A stretch of 63,120 nt of DNA, counting the filler, from Octopus bimaculoides (lineage: Eukaryota): NCBI RefSeq assembly GCF_001194135.2. It is 4 parts of 4 records of this genome, joined end to end, with 100 filler letters (N's around TTAATTAATTAA, not from the genome) between each part and the next. Parts side by side here need not be neighbours in the genome. Positions count along the whole stretch, not along the records: positions 1 to 21,096 come from NC_068996.1; 3 more parts are not named here. One strand, written 5' to 3'. A program made the position numbers and the translations under genes. This document shows positions 1 through 9,622 of this stretch, piece by piece. The notes beneath the pieces are model-generated. The model was not told where the DNA came from. It was given only the letters and a program-made list of their open reading frames with translations, and searched no databases. Numbering within the stretch: position 1 is the stretch's first letter; every line of letters begins with the position of its first letter.

Positions 1-288
1 GTAATGCAGTATGATCGTTTCATGCAACTCCATTTAATTAAACAATGCAATCATTACATCAATTTAAAATGCAGAGCAATCCTCAGCTGCATAAAGACAT
101 AGAGTTTAATTAAATTAAAACAGATGGACACATTAGCATAATTTTACCTAAAATCTCCAAGAAGGTAAGGAGATAGACAAAGAACATGCTGTCTTCACTT
201 CAGCTTAGATTGCTCTGCATTTTAAATTGATTTAATGGTTGCATTGTTCAATTAAATGGAGTTGCATGAAACGGTCGTACTGCATTAC
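1..288. mobile_element. MITE-like element with ~85-90 bp terminal inverted repeats (left end probably cut by the window edge)
   Basis: 1-81 (gtaatgcagtatgatcgtttcatgcaactcc...gcagagcaatc) is the near-perfect reverse complement of 208-288. The match extends imperfectly to ~89/200. The spacer is ~110 bp and non-coding. Confidence 0.75.
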
Positions 289-442
289 CTCTGGATATCC
301 TTCCTGCTTATTTTGATTTTAATCACCTTATTTTGAAATTGTGTGGATAATACCATACTTACTTCTGGTGCCTCAACTTAGGTATCATATTCATCTGAAT
401 CTATATATAAATTTTTATATGTGTATAATATATACACATATG

Positions 443-498
<56 letters not shown>

Positions 499-1289
499 TG
501 TGTGTGTGTGTGGTGTGTTTCAGCTATGCAAGTCATGCAGTGCATAGCCATTTATTTTTTATATAAAACAAAAATAAATTTAATAATGTAGTTTATTTGT
601 AACAACATCAAAAAGTCTTTAAAATCATTGAAAATGAAACTGGCTAGTTAATTTGTTTTAGAGAAGACCATCAGGTGCAATATGAACAAAGCATTACTTG
701 AATCGTTGAAAGCAGCTCTATTCTGACCGCATTTCGTTCCCGTCCCATTAGAAATAGCTATGAAGTCAACCAAAGTTAAAAATGCATGAAGGTTCTTGTC
801 TTGGGCCTCCTTTCTTGGTCCGTCAATATCTCTCCCTATCTTTATCTTTATGCTTGTACATTATTTAATCCTTAAGCTTAATGCTAGTAGCCCCACCCCT
901 CGTTCATGAAAAATTACAAAAATTCTTGTATAGGGCTGTGTGCTTCACAATTCCAATGATGTGGTGTTTGGCAGTTGTGCGCATGTGGACATGACTGAGG
1001 CAAGAACCGGCATACTGGTTAGAGAAAACACTGCTGTTCGTGCAGTGCCAAGCCTGTCATCTGTGTGTAAGGTAGTATTTATTTTGACTCAGCATGTGTT
1101 GTGCTTGAAAATTGACGACCGTATTCTTGAATGTGATGAACTGTAGATGATTATAACACTTCCAGCTACTCTATTTAATTCATAGATTTTTTGGGGTAGT
1201 TTTATTGTATAGAATATTTAAATAATTTTACCATGACCTCTTTGCACCCCCAAGAAATAAGTCCTGTGACAGTAAGTGAACTTCAACAG

Positions 1290-1600
1290 CTTCAGGCACT
1301 TGAAGTAAGCCTCCATGTTGAGTTTGAGGCCATGTGGGAAAATGAATGGAGGCATAATGCAGCTATCACTAGTGATCACTCAAAACACCATGATGTTGAA
1401 TGGATGTTTGATTTTTATCACTCTTGGTACATGTCCTGATTGCACTGTCCTCTGATTAACACTCTGAAATGTTCATATTGAAGCTTCTGGTATGAATGCC
1501 AAGCAATACAGCATGTTGTTTCAAAATTTATGACAGAGTGAATTGCATCATGGTGCTCTTTTTCTCACAGATGATGATGCCCAGCTGACCCTACTATACT
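1290..1600 (-). mobile_element. Degenerate Tc1/mariner (DD37D/maT-like) transposase fragment
   Basis: Minus strand reads HVPRVIKIKHPFNIMVF*VITSDSCIMPPFIFPHGLKLNMEAYFKCLK, matching the 'KHP..VMV.G.I.S.G..MPP..F..GL..N' catalytic-region motif. It contains stops. Confidence 0.75.
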
Positions 1601-1707
1601 GTTTAGTCATCAAAAAGAAACAGTGTGCATGCACAAAATTAAAAATATAAAATGGTCACAATTTACCCATATATACACATATATATACACATATATATAT
1701 ACATATA

Positions 1708-1912
1708 TTGCCGGTGCCACATAAAAGCGCTTGTGTAGTGCCTTGTAAAAGTACCCAGCGCATTCTGTAAAGTGGTTGACGTTAGGAAAGGCATTTAGCC
1801 ACAGAAACCAAGCCAAATCAGATTGGAGTTTGGTGCTGCTCTCCAGCTTGTCAGCTCTTAACAAACTGTCCAACCCATGCCAGCATGGACAATGGATGTT
1901 AAGTGATGATGA
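1708..1912 (+). mobile_element. 3' half of abundant octopus SINE/LINE-tail family ending in (GAT)n
   Basis: tgccggtgccacataaaagc...gtggttgacgttaggaaaggcat...ccatgccagcatggacaatggatgttaagtgatgatgat. Homologous to copies at 5330-5480, 6830-7045, 16530-16690 and 19030-19210. Confidence 0.8.
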
Positions 1913-1937
1913 TATACATGCATACAGACAGACAGAC

Positions 1938-1970
<33 letters not shown>

Positions 1971-2689
1971 NNNNNNNNNNNNNNNNNNNNNNNNNNNNNN
2001 NNNNNNNNNNNNNNNNNNNNNNNNNNNNNNNNNNNNNNNNNNNNNNNNNNNNNNNNNNNNNNNNNNNNNNNNNNNNNNNNNNNNNCTTGCAGACACTGTA
2101 TTCCGTTGATTAATCAGTTTATTTTATAACCAAAATGACAAAAAAGACAATATACAGACACTTATGACATACCATGTCATATCAACAATTGAGATTTCAA
2201 ATTTAAAGGACATTTAGCAATTGGAGAAGGGAGAGAGAGGGGGGAGAGGGAGAGGGAGAGAGGGGAGAGATGGGAGAGAGGGAGAGAGGGAGGGGAGAGA
2301 GAGAGAGGGGGGAGCATAGGCATATATTATTTGCAAGAATTTTGATTTGAAACCACTTGAAGTTATTAGGGTCATATAATTAGGAGTCATACTAATGTAT
2401 ACAAACACACTCATCATTTTTTGTCACATGTTTAAATTATATTTTCCCAGAAACTTTTCATTGTACCATTCCTGTGACCTTCTCAACAATTTTAGATTTT
2501 CAAATGAATTTGATTTACCAACTCTTATTTTTCTTGTCTATTAAGTTATGTTCCAAACACATGGCAAGAGTGGGAACTGTCATCAAGTAATGGTTTTGGT
2601 TTATATTTATTTATTTAACATACTTTTTGTTTTGTTGCTGCCAATATAGAAACACATGTGTGCATGAGTTAACTGTACTTTCATGTAAT

Positions 2690-2935
2690 CATATTTTTTA
2701 ATCTTGTATTACTGTGGTATCAAGTGGTGGTTGAGTATTGCCATATTATTTAGTCTTTCTACCAAAATCTAAATGTTAGATCTCTTGGATGTGTGGAAAG
2801 AAGTTTTACTTCAAGAATTTTTATTGATCCATTTTCTTTCTGTATGCCATATTGAAAAAGTATGGATGTTTGCATCTTTCCCATGTATTTTTGTGAAAGT
2901 TCTGTAATCCTTTCACCTACACTAGGGGCTGTTTC
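2690..2935 (-). mobile_element. Penelope-like element, decayed GIY-YIG endonuclease C-terminal fragment
   Basis: Minus translation ERITELSQKYMGKMQTSILFQYGIQKENGSIKILEVKLLSTHPRDLTFR resembles the Penelope GIY-YIG 'R..EH...S.LF.H' region. Homologous in opposite orientation to 5808-5880. Confidence 0.5.
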
Positions 2936-2938
2936 TCC

Positions 2939-3156
2939 TATGAGGGAGAGCAGAAAAATTCCTGGCTTTGGGTAAAAGAAAATACAGGAGGATCAGTTAG
3001 TTATGATTTTATTGAACATATTCCCCTCTCAGATTCACACACTTATTGCAGCAGCCCTTCAGTTTTTCTATGGCCTGTCAAAAAACTCAGAAGGTTGGTC
3101 CTCCAACCAGGTCTTTCATGATACCCTTAAAGCCATTAACTTTTCAGTACCATCTC

Positions 3157-3159
<3 letters not shown>
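2939..3159. mobile_element. mariner-derived MITE (~220 bp), TA-flanked
   Basis: Imperfect TIRs tatgagggagagcagaaaaattcctggcttt / aaagccattaacttttcagtaccatctcgta. Second copy at 5487-5696. Confidence 0.8.
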
Positions 3160-3192
<33 letters not shown>

Positions 3193-3259
3193 TATATAAT
3201 ATATTGTTAATAATATCAGGTAATCAATATTAGAAAATTCTTCAGAAAGATATATATGT

Positions 3260-4650
3260 GCATAGAATAATTGTTGTATTAAAAGTATAAATATATATAA
3301 ATATATGTAAATATATATCTTATGATCGTTTCGCAGAAGTGTTGTACCTATAATTGAATCCTATATTGATAAGCATTTATGGACAACACTTCTGCTCCTC
3401 AGCGATATAAACTGTGAAATTTGTATAATTTATCGAATGGTAGTTTCTTTTTTTTTTTAAATATGAAGTAATCTGGGAAAATGTTGTTTGTTTGAAATAT
3501 AAATTAAAAATTACTGCTTTTGATTTTGGTAAGTACACTTTAGTATGAGAATCTTCAAATCATATATGCCTTCTTGGTAAGTCTTCTGCAGTAATCCATA
3601 GTAATTATGTATAAAACCCAATATATTGTCCTGTATTCCAAATATAGTTCATAGATTTAAATAATATAAAATAAAATATATGCGAAATTTTATGTGAAAT
3701 TATAAAATTATAAATTGGTCAAAGTATTTCTTTTATATTTGTATTTGTATAATTGGAAGATGCCAATTTAAATTTTTAAATCTTTAAATTTAATGCAATT
3801 GTAACTGTCCATTTGTTATAGATTAGATGTGCATGGGTTCTAATTTTAAGAATGCCTATTCAATATTTATTTAATGTATAATTTATGTCGTGTAAATGTG
3901 CGTATAGTCAAATAATTCTAATTAACTTATCTATCAATCTATTTGTAAGTATCACCTTATATCACAAAAAAAACCTGATATATATAGTCACTAATCTAAA
4001 TCTTTATTAGATTTCTTATAATATTTTTAAAGGTTTTATAAAACCTATGTTTACATGTTGAAAGTGCTTCTGATTGACAATTTATTAAGTTCTTATGTTT
4101 ATATAATAATATATATAGTCATTCCTTCATACATAGACAGCAACTATTAGATTTATGTGTGTGTGGTATGGCTGAATCTATTATTGACCAATCTAATCTA
4201 TAGTTAATTTTGTTTTTCCTAAGTTTATGTATATATGTAACTAATGACGCCGTTTTAGTAACTATATTCGGCTTAAAGGAATGTATATGTGCTAAAAATC
4301 TTTGTTTAAAATTAACGGAACTCCTTATATATACCATACTATGTGAATTATTAGTTAATGTAACTATGCATTTGTATACTACGTTAAATCTTCTACAATT
4401 GCCTTTTAAAGGGCATAATTCTTTATTTTTACATGAGCAGTTTTTATTTTTATTTTTATATTTCTATTCAGATGAATGGTGATTATTTGTGGTGTATGGT
4501 ATTATTATTGAATTTATTGTAGTATTATTTATCATAGAGTTGTGAATTATTATTTTTATTTTTATTAACTTGTGGTGTTGTATTAACTAAAACATTTTGT
4601 ATATTTTCATATGTATGGTAGTTAGAATGTTGCTGGGTTTTTTTTTATAT
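3260..4650 (-). mobile_element. Penelope-like retroelement 3' part with GIY-YIG endonuclease remnant (4119-4450)
   Basis: Minus: CSCKNKELCPLKGNCRRFNVVYKCIVT...MVYIRSSVNFKQRFLAHIHSFK...LVTYIHKLRKNKINYRLDWSIIDSAIP...CCLCMKE, the typical CxC..CPL.G.C / VY / YIG.T..FK.R / W.II / C.LC layout. Outer boundaries are approximate. Confidence 0.8.
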
Positions 4651-4805
4651 CAATATCATTGTTAGGTGTTCCAGTATTCTGAGTATTATATATACTCCTA
4701 TTGCTGCTGCTTATCTTGTTATTATTATTGTTATTGTTATTATTATTACAGCTGTTTTTATATTTGTTAATTTTTCTTTTATTAGAACAGGCAATAATAA
4801 TACAT

Positions 4806-5480
4806 ATGAATGAAAATAGCTGTGTGAGGAAGTACCACTCCTTAACTGTAGAAGGAACCTATGGAAGAGGTAAACCCAGGAAGGCAGGGGATGTGGTAGA
4901 GAAGCATGACCTTTAAACATTGGGCCTCACAGAACCAATGACAGTAGACCAGGACCTTTGGAGATATGCTGTAATTGAGAAGACCCGGCAACTAAAGTGA
5001 ATGTGGTCGATGCCAGGTCTGCCTGACTGGTTCCCATGCTGGTGGCACATAAAAAGCACCAATCGAATGTGGCCAATGTCAGTACCCCCAGACTGGCTCC
5101 CGTGCTGGCGGCACATAAAAAGCAGCATCTTACCGTGGTCGATGCCAGGTCCACCTGACTGGCTCCCATGCTGGTGACATGTAAAAAGCACCAACTGATC
5201 ATGACCAATGCCAGTACCCTTTGACTGGCTTCTGTGCCAGTGGCACATAAAAAGCACCATCCAAATGTGGCTGATGCCAGGCCCTCCTGACTGGCTCCTG
5301 TGCTGGTGGTACATAAAAGCACCCGCTATACTCTCGGAGTGGTTGGCGTTAGGAAGGGCATCCAGCTGTAGAAACATTGCCAGATCAGATTGGAGCCTGG
5401 TGCAGCCGCTAGCTCTCCAAACTTCAGTCAAACTGTCAAACCCATACCAGCATGGAAAACGGACGTTAAATGATGATGGT
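4806..5480 (+). mobile_element. 3' end of an RTE-clade LINE: ORF C-terminus, 66-bp tandem array and (GAT)n tail
   Basis: MNENSCVRKYHSLTVEGTYGRGKPRKAGDVVEKHDL*TLGLTEPMTVDQDLWRYAV matches the RTE 'G.R.RGRPRK.W...V..DL...W' C-terminus. Tail ggacgttaaatgatgatg. Confidence 0.8.
5003..5325 (+). repeat. Five tandem copies of a 66-bp unit with alternating A/B subtypes
   Basis: Units start at 5003, 5069, 5135, 5201 and 5267 and share the core gactggctccc.tgc..gtggcac.taaaaagcacc. Confidence 0.9.
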
Positions 5481-5486
5481 GACACA

Positions 5487-5696
5487 CACAAGGGCTGCTG
5501 AAAAGTTCCTGGTTTTGGGTAAAAGAAAATACAGGAGAATCAACTTATTCAACATATTCCTCTTTCAAATCCATAGACTTATTGCAGTGTTCCTTCAGTT
5601 TTTCTAAGCCCTGTGAAAATAACTTGGAGGGTTGGGCCTCCAACCAGGCCTTTCCTGATACCCTTAAAGCCAGGAACTTTTCAGCACCACCTCGTA
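5487..5696. mobile_element. mariner-derived MITE (~210 bp)
   Basis: TIRs aagggctgctgaaaagttcctgg / ccaggaacttttcagcaccacctcgta. The minus-strand interior reads KAWLEAQPSKLFSQGLEKLKEHCNKSMDLKEEYVE*, a mariner transposase C-terminus. Confidence 0.85.
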
Positions 5697-5744
5697 TAAA
5701 GGTTAATAGTAGTGACCATACATTATCCTTCAAAACTCATGAGG

Positions 5745-5890
5745 TGTTTGGAAGGGCAATGCAGAGACGCTACATTTAGCCTATAGAGGATAAACAGCCC
5801 TTAATGTTGGTGAAAGGATTACAGAGCACTGGCAAAAATAGAATGGAAATATGCAGGCACCCATACTCTTTCAACATGCTTGAAATGTTA
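5745..5890 (+). mobile_element. Penelope-like GIY-YIG fragment
   Basis: RRYI*...VGERITEHWQK*NGNMQAPILFQH. The DNA is homologous to 2860-2935 on the opposite strand. Confidence 0.45.
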
Positions 5891-6375
5891 ACATGTTAAC
5901 CAACATGTAAAAGGCACCTCTTGGTTGGTAGATTTGCCTTACCAGATGCTATGTTCCAATGCACATACATAAACTTGAATGGAATTCTTTCCACTTCTGC
6001 CATAATGAGTAAATCATAGCCATGACATAGACAGCAGCATAAACTTTAGTAGAAAACTGGATTTCTCAGTTCAATGTTTTTCTTCTATTATCCTACATAA
6101 CTGAGGTATGGCAGTATGAATTAGTCCTTTTTGAACATTAACCAATCTATTCGGATGTCAGCATATACATGACACAAAGGTTCCATCATCAACCAAAGGC
6201 TGCACTATTAAAAACACAATCATGGCCCTTTTTCGTAGTCCTGTTTAGTATTTCTGCAACAACTGAAGCTGATTCAGTTTGTACCACTGTAGAACTAGCA
6301 CACGGAAGGAACTACGCTTAGGTTACCAAAACAGTTGGTTACTTCTGAGAAACTATGCTGCTAAATCCTACAAGT

Positions 6376-7045
6376 GCATATGTGGATAAGAAGCTTGCTT
6401 TGCAACCACATGGTTTGGGGTTCAGTCCCACAGCACAGCACCTTTGGAAAGTTTCTTCTACAACAATCCCAGGCTGGCTAATGTCTTGTGAGTGAATTTG
6501 GTAGATGGAAACTGCATAGAAGCCTGTCCCATTCCTTATATCTCCCACTCTACTTTCTCATCCTTGTGAACTTCTTGCCTACTCACCTTGCCTGATCCTC
6601 TGTAACATTTTACTTGTATTGACCCCACAGTACCTTGATGGTAGACCCCAACACATCTCTGCTATCTTCTCTCTCTCTCTCTCTCACCCTTTCTTTTCCA
6701 GCTAGGGCAGCCATCTATTTGCTCTATACCAAGACACCTGTGTTCTATCCTGTTCCTACTTTAGTCCCTCGTGGCACAAACCTTCCTCCCTCAATACTAC
6801 TCCCATGCCTTCAGCTGAGGAGTCTTGTCTTGCAAGTTCCTTGGTGACCTTGCCAGTGCTGGTGCCATATAAAAGGCACCCAGTACCCTCTGTAGAGTGG
6901 TTGGCATTAGGAGTGGCTTCCAGTTGTAGAAACCATGCCAAAGCAGAGAGCAGAGCTTGGTACAGTCCTCTGGCTTGCCGGCTCCTGTCTGGAAAACAGA
7001 TGTTAAATGATGATGATGATGATGACAATGATGATGATAATGATG
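6376..7045 (+). mobile_element. tRNA/CORE-type SINE, split: head 6376-6528, 3' part and (GAT)n tail 6830-7045
   Basis: Head gtggataagaagcttgctttgcaaccacatggtttggggttcagtcccac (A/B-box like). Tail gatgttaaatgatgatgatgat. Confidence 0.7.
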
Positions 7046-7461
7046 GCATTGACAATGATGATATATGTATGTGAGCGTGTTGGTTTTTGTCCCTCACTAC
7101 CACTTGGCAACCAGAGTTGGTTTGTTTATGTCTTCACAACTTAGCAGTTCAGCAAAAGAGACTGATAGAAAAATACCAGATTAAAAAAAAGGTGGTGCTC
7201 CAGTTGTGGTTGCAATATAATAAATTAAACAGGTAAAAGATAAAAGGTATGTTGACCGAGACAATATGTCTGACATCTTCTCAACCATACCAAATCAGCA
7301 GCAAAGTATTTTGACTGTGGCAAAACAACAGGAAAAATGTTTTGGGGTTTTTTAAAAAATTTATCATTATTCTTTTTTTTTTGCAATGGATCCATAGAAA
7401 AATGCTTCAGCTACAATATCTGAGACTAAATAAAGTTATTTACTGCATATCTTATCAAGAG

Positions 7462-7855
7462 TGGAGGCGCAATGGCCCAGTGGTTAGGGCAGCGGATTCG
7501 CGGTCATAGGATTGCGGTTTTGATTCCCAGACCGGGCGTTGTGAGTGTTTATTGAGCGAAAACAGCTAAAGCTCCATGAGGCTCCAGCAGGGGGTTGTGG
7601 TGAACCCTGCTGTACTCTTTCACCACAACTTTCTCTCACTCTTTCTTCCTGTTTCTGTTGTGCCTGTAATTCAAAGGGTCAGCCTTGTCACACTGTGTCA
7701 CGCTGAATATCCCCGAGAACTACGTTAAGGGTACACGTGTCTGTGGAGTGCTCAGCCATTTGCACGTTAATTTCACGAGCAGGCTGTTCCGTTGATCGGA
7801 TCAACTGGAAACCTCGACGTCGTAAGCGACGGAGTACCAACAACGATATATAACA
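7462..7855 (+). mobile_element. Full-length tRNA-derived SINE with 13-bp target site duplication
   Basis: Head ggaggcgcaatggcccagtggttagggc...ggttttgattcccag. Tail ...gacggagtaccaacaac. TSD atcttatcaagag at 7449-7461 and 7856-7868. Confidence 0.9.
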
Positions 7856-8111
7856 ATCTTATCAAGAGCCATAATCAGATAATAAATATAAAATGCTTGG
7901 AAAATTGCACTTTTTGAGAAAGATCTCATTTCTACATCTCACCCACTTGCCTGAAAGACTGTTGACAATTAAAGACCTGTTGGAACTCCTTCCTCTATCT
8001 CAGACTAAATTGAAACAGAATACAAGACCAGGCTGCCATACATATTGACCCAAGCATTTGTTTTGCTACACAAGTGACGTTTGGAAACAATGGCACTCAC
8101 TTTGGCTAGTA

Positions 8112-8492
8112 ACTCTTTTACTCTTTTAATTGTTTCAGTCATTTGACTGCGGCCATGTTGGAGCACCGCCTTTAGTCGAGCAAATTGACCCCAGGTCTTA
8201 TTCTTTGTAAGCCTAGTACTTATTCTATCAGTTTCTTTTGCCGAACCGCTAAGTTACAAGCACGTAAACACACCAGCGTCGGTTGTCAAGCGATGTTGGG
8301 GGGACAAACACATATGTATATACATATATACGACGGGCTACTTTCAGTTTCCCTCTAGCAAATCCACTCACAAGGCTTTGGTCGGCCTAAGGCTATAGTA
8401 GAAGACACTTGCCCAAGGTGTCACACAGTGGGACTGAACCTGGAACCATGTAATTGGTAAGCAAGCTACTTACCACATAGCCACTCCTGCAC
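8112..8492 (-). mobile_element. Near full-length tRNA/CORE-type SINE
   Basis: Minus head ggtgcaggagtggctatgtggtaagtagcttgc...ggttccaggttcagtcccac, CORE-like caccttgggcaagtgtcttc, and (AGTAAA/AGAGT)-type tail. Confidence 0.85.
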
Positions 8493-8646
8493 CAGTGTAA
8501 ACCTATGTTTTTTGTTATTTCTCACTTTTTTGAATTCTAGACCTTTCATTCTTGTGGGCCAAGTATGCAGAAATTGGGTACCTTCCATGATATTACCAGC
8601 CAAATTTTTTTCCAGCGCCCTACAAAGTTAATTGAGTTACACTTAC

Positions 8647-8799
8647 TGTCATGTGGTTATTTGGTCACCAGTGTTGTGGTAACATGTGTTGTATTATTAA
8701 AGACCACTATCATGCTGTCTAACTGGCTGCATGTATGATAAATGTAGAACCTCATGAACTGCGGATACATTTATTTCTGGACATGATTAATTGCATAGG
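8647..8799 (-). ncRNA. Exon 3 of putative non-coding spliced gene (snoRNA-host-like)
   Basis: Acceptor cttctttcttttctaaacag at 8800 and donor ACA|gtaagt at 8646. The 153-nt exon has stops in all three minus frames. Confidence 0.5.
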
Positions 8800-8886
8800 C
8801 TGTTTAGAAAAGAAAGAAGCTGATAATATAACTGTCAACGGGGAGGAGAGAACTGTGCTGTGTCTTGTAGAAGTCTAGCTGTGGTG

Positions 8887-9012
8887 CATTGTATGTGCGA
8901 CTGTCCAAAATCATTTCTTGCTCAAGGTGGTCTGGTCTTAGCAGTCTGCTTTCTGTGAGTGTCCAGGGTGGTCTACGTGAAAGCCTAAGACCATCTGGCT
9001 GAATTAGACACC
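8887..9012 (-). ncRNA. Candidate intronic box H/ACA snoRNA/scaRNA (126 nt)
   Basis: Hairpin 1: GGUGUC/GACACU basal stem, UGGUCU/AGACCA upper stem, internal pocket. H box AAAGCA (8952-8947). Hairpin 2: GACUG/CAGUC with UGAG near the apex. ACA plus 3 nt at the 3' end. It ends ~87 nt before a strong 3' splice site. Folded by eye only. Confidence 0.5.
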
Positions 9013-9119
9013 AAACGGTTTTCATAGTGTGAAAAAGGGGTCGAATTTTATATCATCCAAGAAGCCATTTCATACTGCAGCTTCACATTGATCGATTGAT
9101 TTATAGATTAATCATATGA

Positions 9120-9229
9120 AACTGTAGTGGTTTACTCATGATCCCCGACTGAATATCTTGTGGCTGGGGTTTGAACCCCTATGGTACTCTACGAAATTAA
9201 TTTGAGCCACTTTTATCAACGTGACTCAT
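9120..9229 (+). mobile_element. Short tRNA-derived insertion (SINE head or tRNA pseudogene) with 10-bp flanking direct repeat
   Basis: A-box-like gtagtggttta and B-box-like ggggtttgaacccc. Direct repeat aatcatatga at 9110-9119 and 9230-9239. No full cloverleaf. Confidence 0.45.
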
Positions 9230-9270
9230 AATCATATGATTTAAGTGTTGATAAGTATGGATCAAATTAC

Positions 9271-9443
9271 CTTTGTCTAAGTAGCGAGCAATGTTGATAT
9301 CTGTGACTCAAAAGTACGAATTTGCTTTCAGTTTGTTGTAGATTAACCCTTTCTTGGAAATCTCATAGGTTGTGCTTCACCAACCACGATTTATATTGAC
9401 TTCTGGTGGCAAATTTAGACTCTCTGATTTGAGCTTAGTTTTA
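9271..9443 (-). ncRNA. Exon 2 of putative non-coding spliced gene
   Basis: Branch point ctaac and acceptor ctttgttaacag (9444). Donor AAG|gtaatt (9270). Stops in all three frames. Confidence 0.5.
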
Positions 9444-9557
9444 CTGTTAACAAAGCAGCATCGAGTTAGCAGAATTCACTTGACAGGCAAACCATTTCAC
9501 ATTATGATTATGTGTGTGTGTGTGTGTGTGTCTCAGTGTTACTTTTTGATTGCTTAC

Positions 9558-9622
9558 CGAATAAACACTTCGAAATTTATTACATTTTCTATTTGCGACC
9601 ATTTCGGACTTTCCGAAACAAG
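9558..9622 (-). ncRNA. Exon 1 of putative non-coding spliced gene (start inferred)
   Basis: Donor TCG|gtaagc at 9557. Pyrimidine-rich start TTC(+1)TTGTTTC at ~9622. 114-nt first intron. Confidence 0.45.

Noticed and set aside
954-1002. C/D-box-like pair ATGATGT...CTGA on +
   Set aside because: The C box is imperfect, the span is only ~45 nt, and there is no convincing guide or terminal stem.
5003-5325. CRISPR-like regular repeats
   Set aside because: The units are contiguous tandem copies without unique spacers, the context is eukaryotic, and there are no cas genes.
4913-5491. 192-aa minus ORF with 22-aa His/Cys repeats
   Set aside because: It is the antisense reading of the 66-bp array and retroposon tail, open only because the unit length is a multiple of 3.
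5900-6100. RTE-like C-terminal peptide on minus (ERIPFKFMY...ASGK) or an exon with gtaagg donor
   Set aside because: The similarity is weak and conflicts with the adjacent + strand Penelope interpretation, so it is not supportable.
7463-7535. tRNA-like sequences at SINE heads (also 8420-8492, 23094-23165 and others)
   Set aside because: They continue into SINE bodies and lack a complete cloverleaf, so they are not tRNA genes.
8804-9025. 73-aa minus ORF MKTVWCLIQPDG...
   Set aside because: It has no recognisable motif, runs into a polypyrimidine tract, and is better explained as intron sequence carrying the H/ACA candidate.
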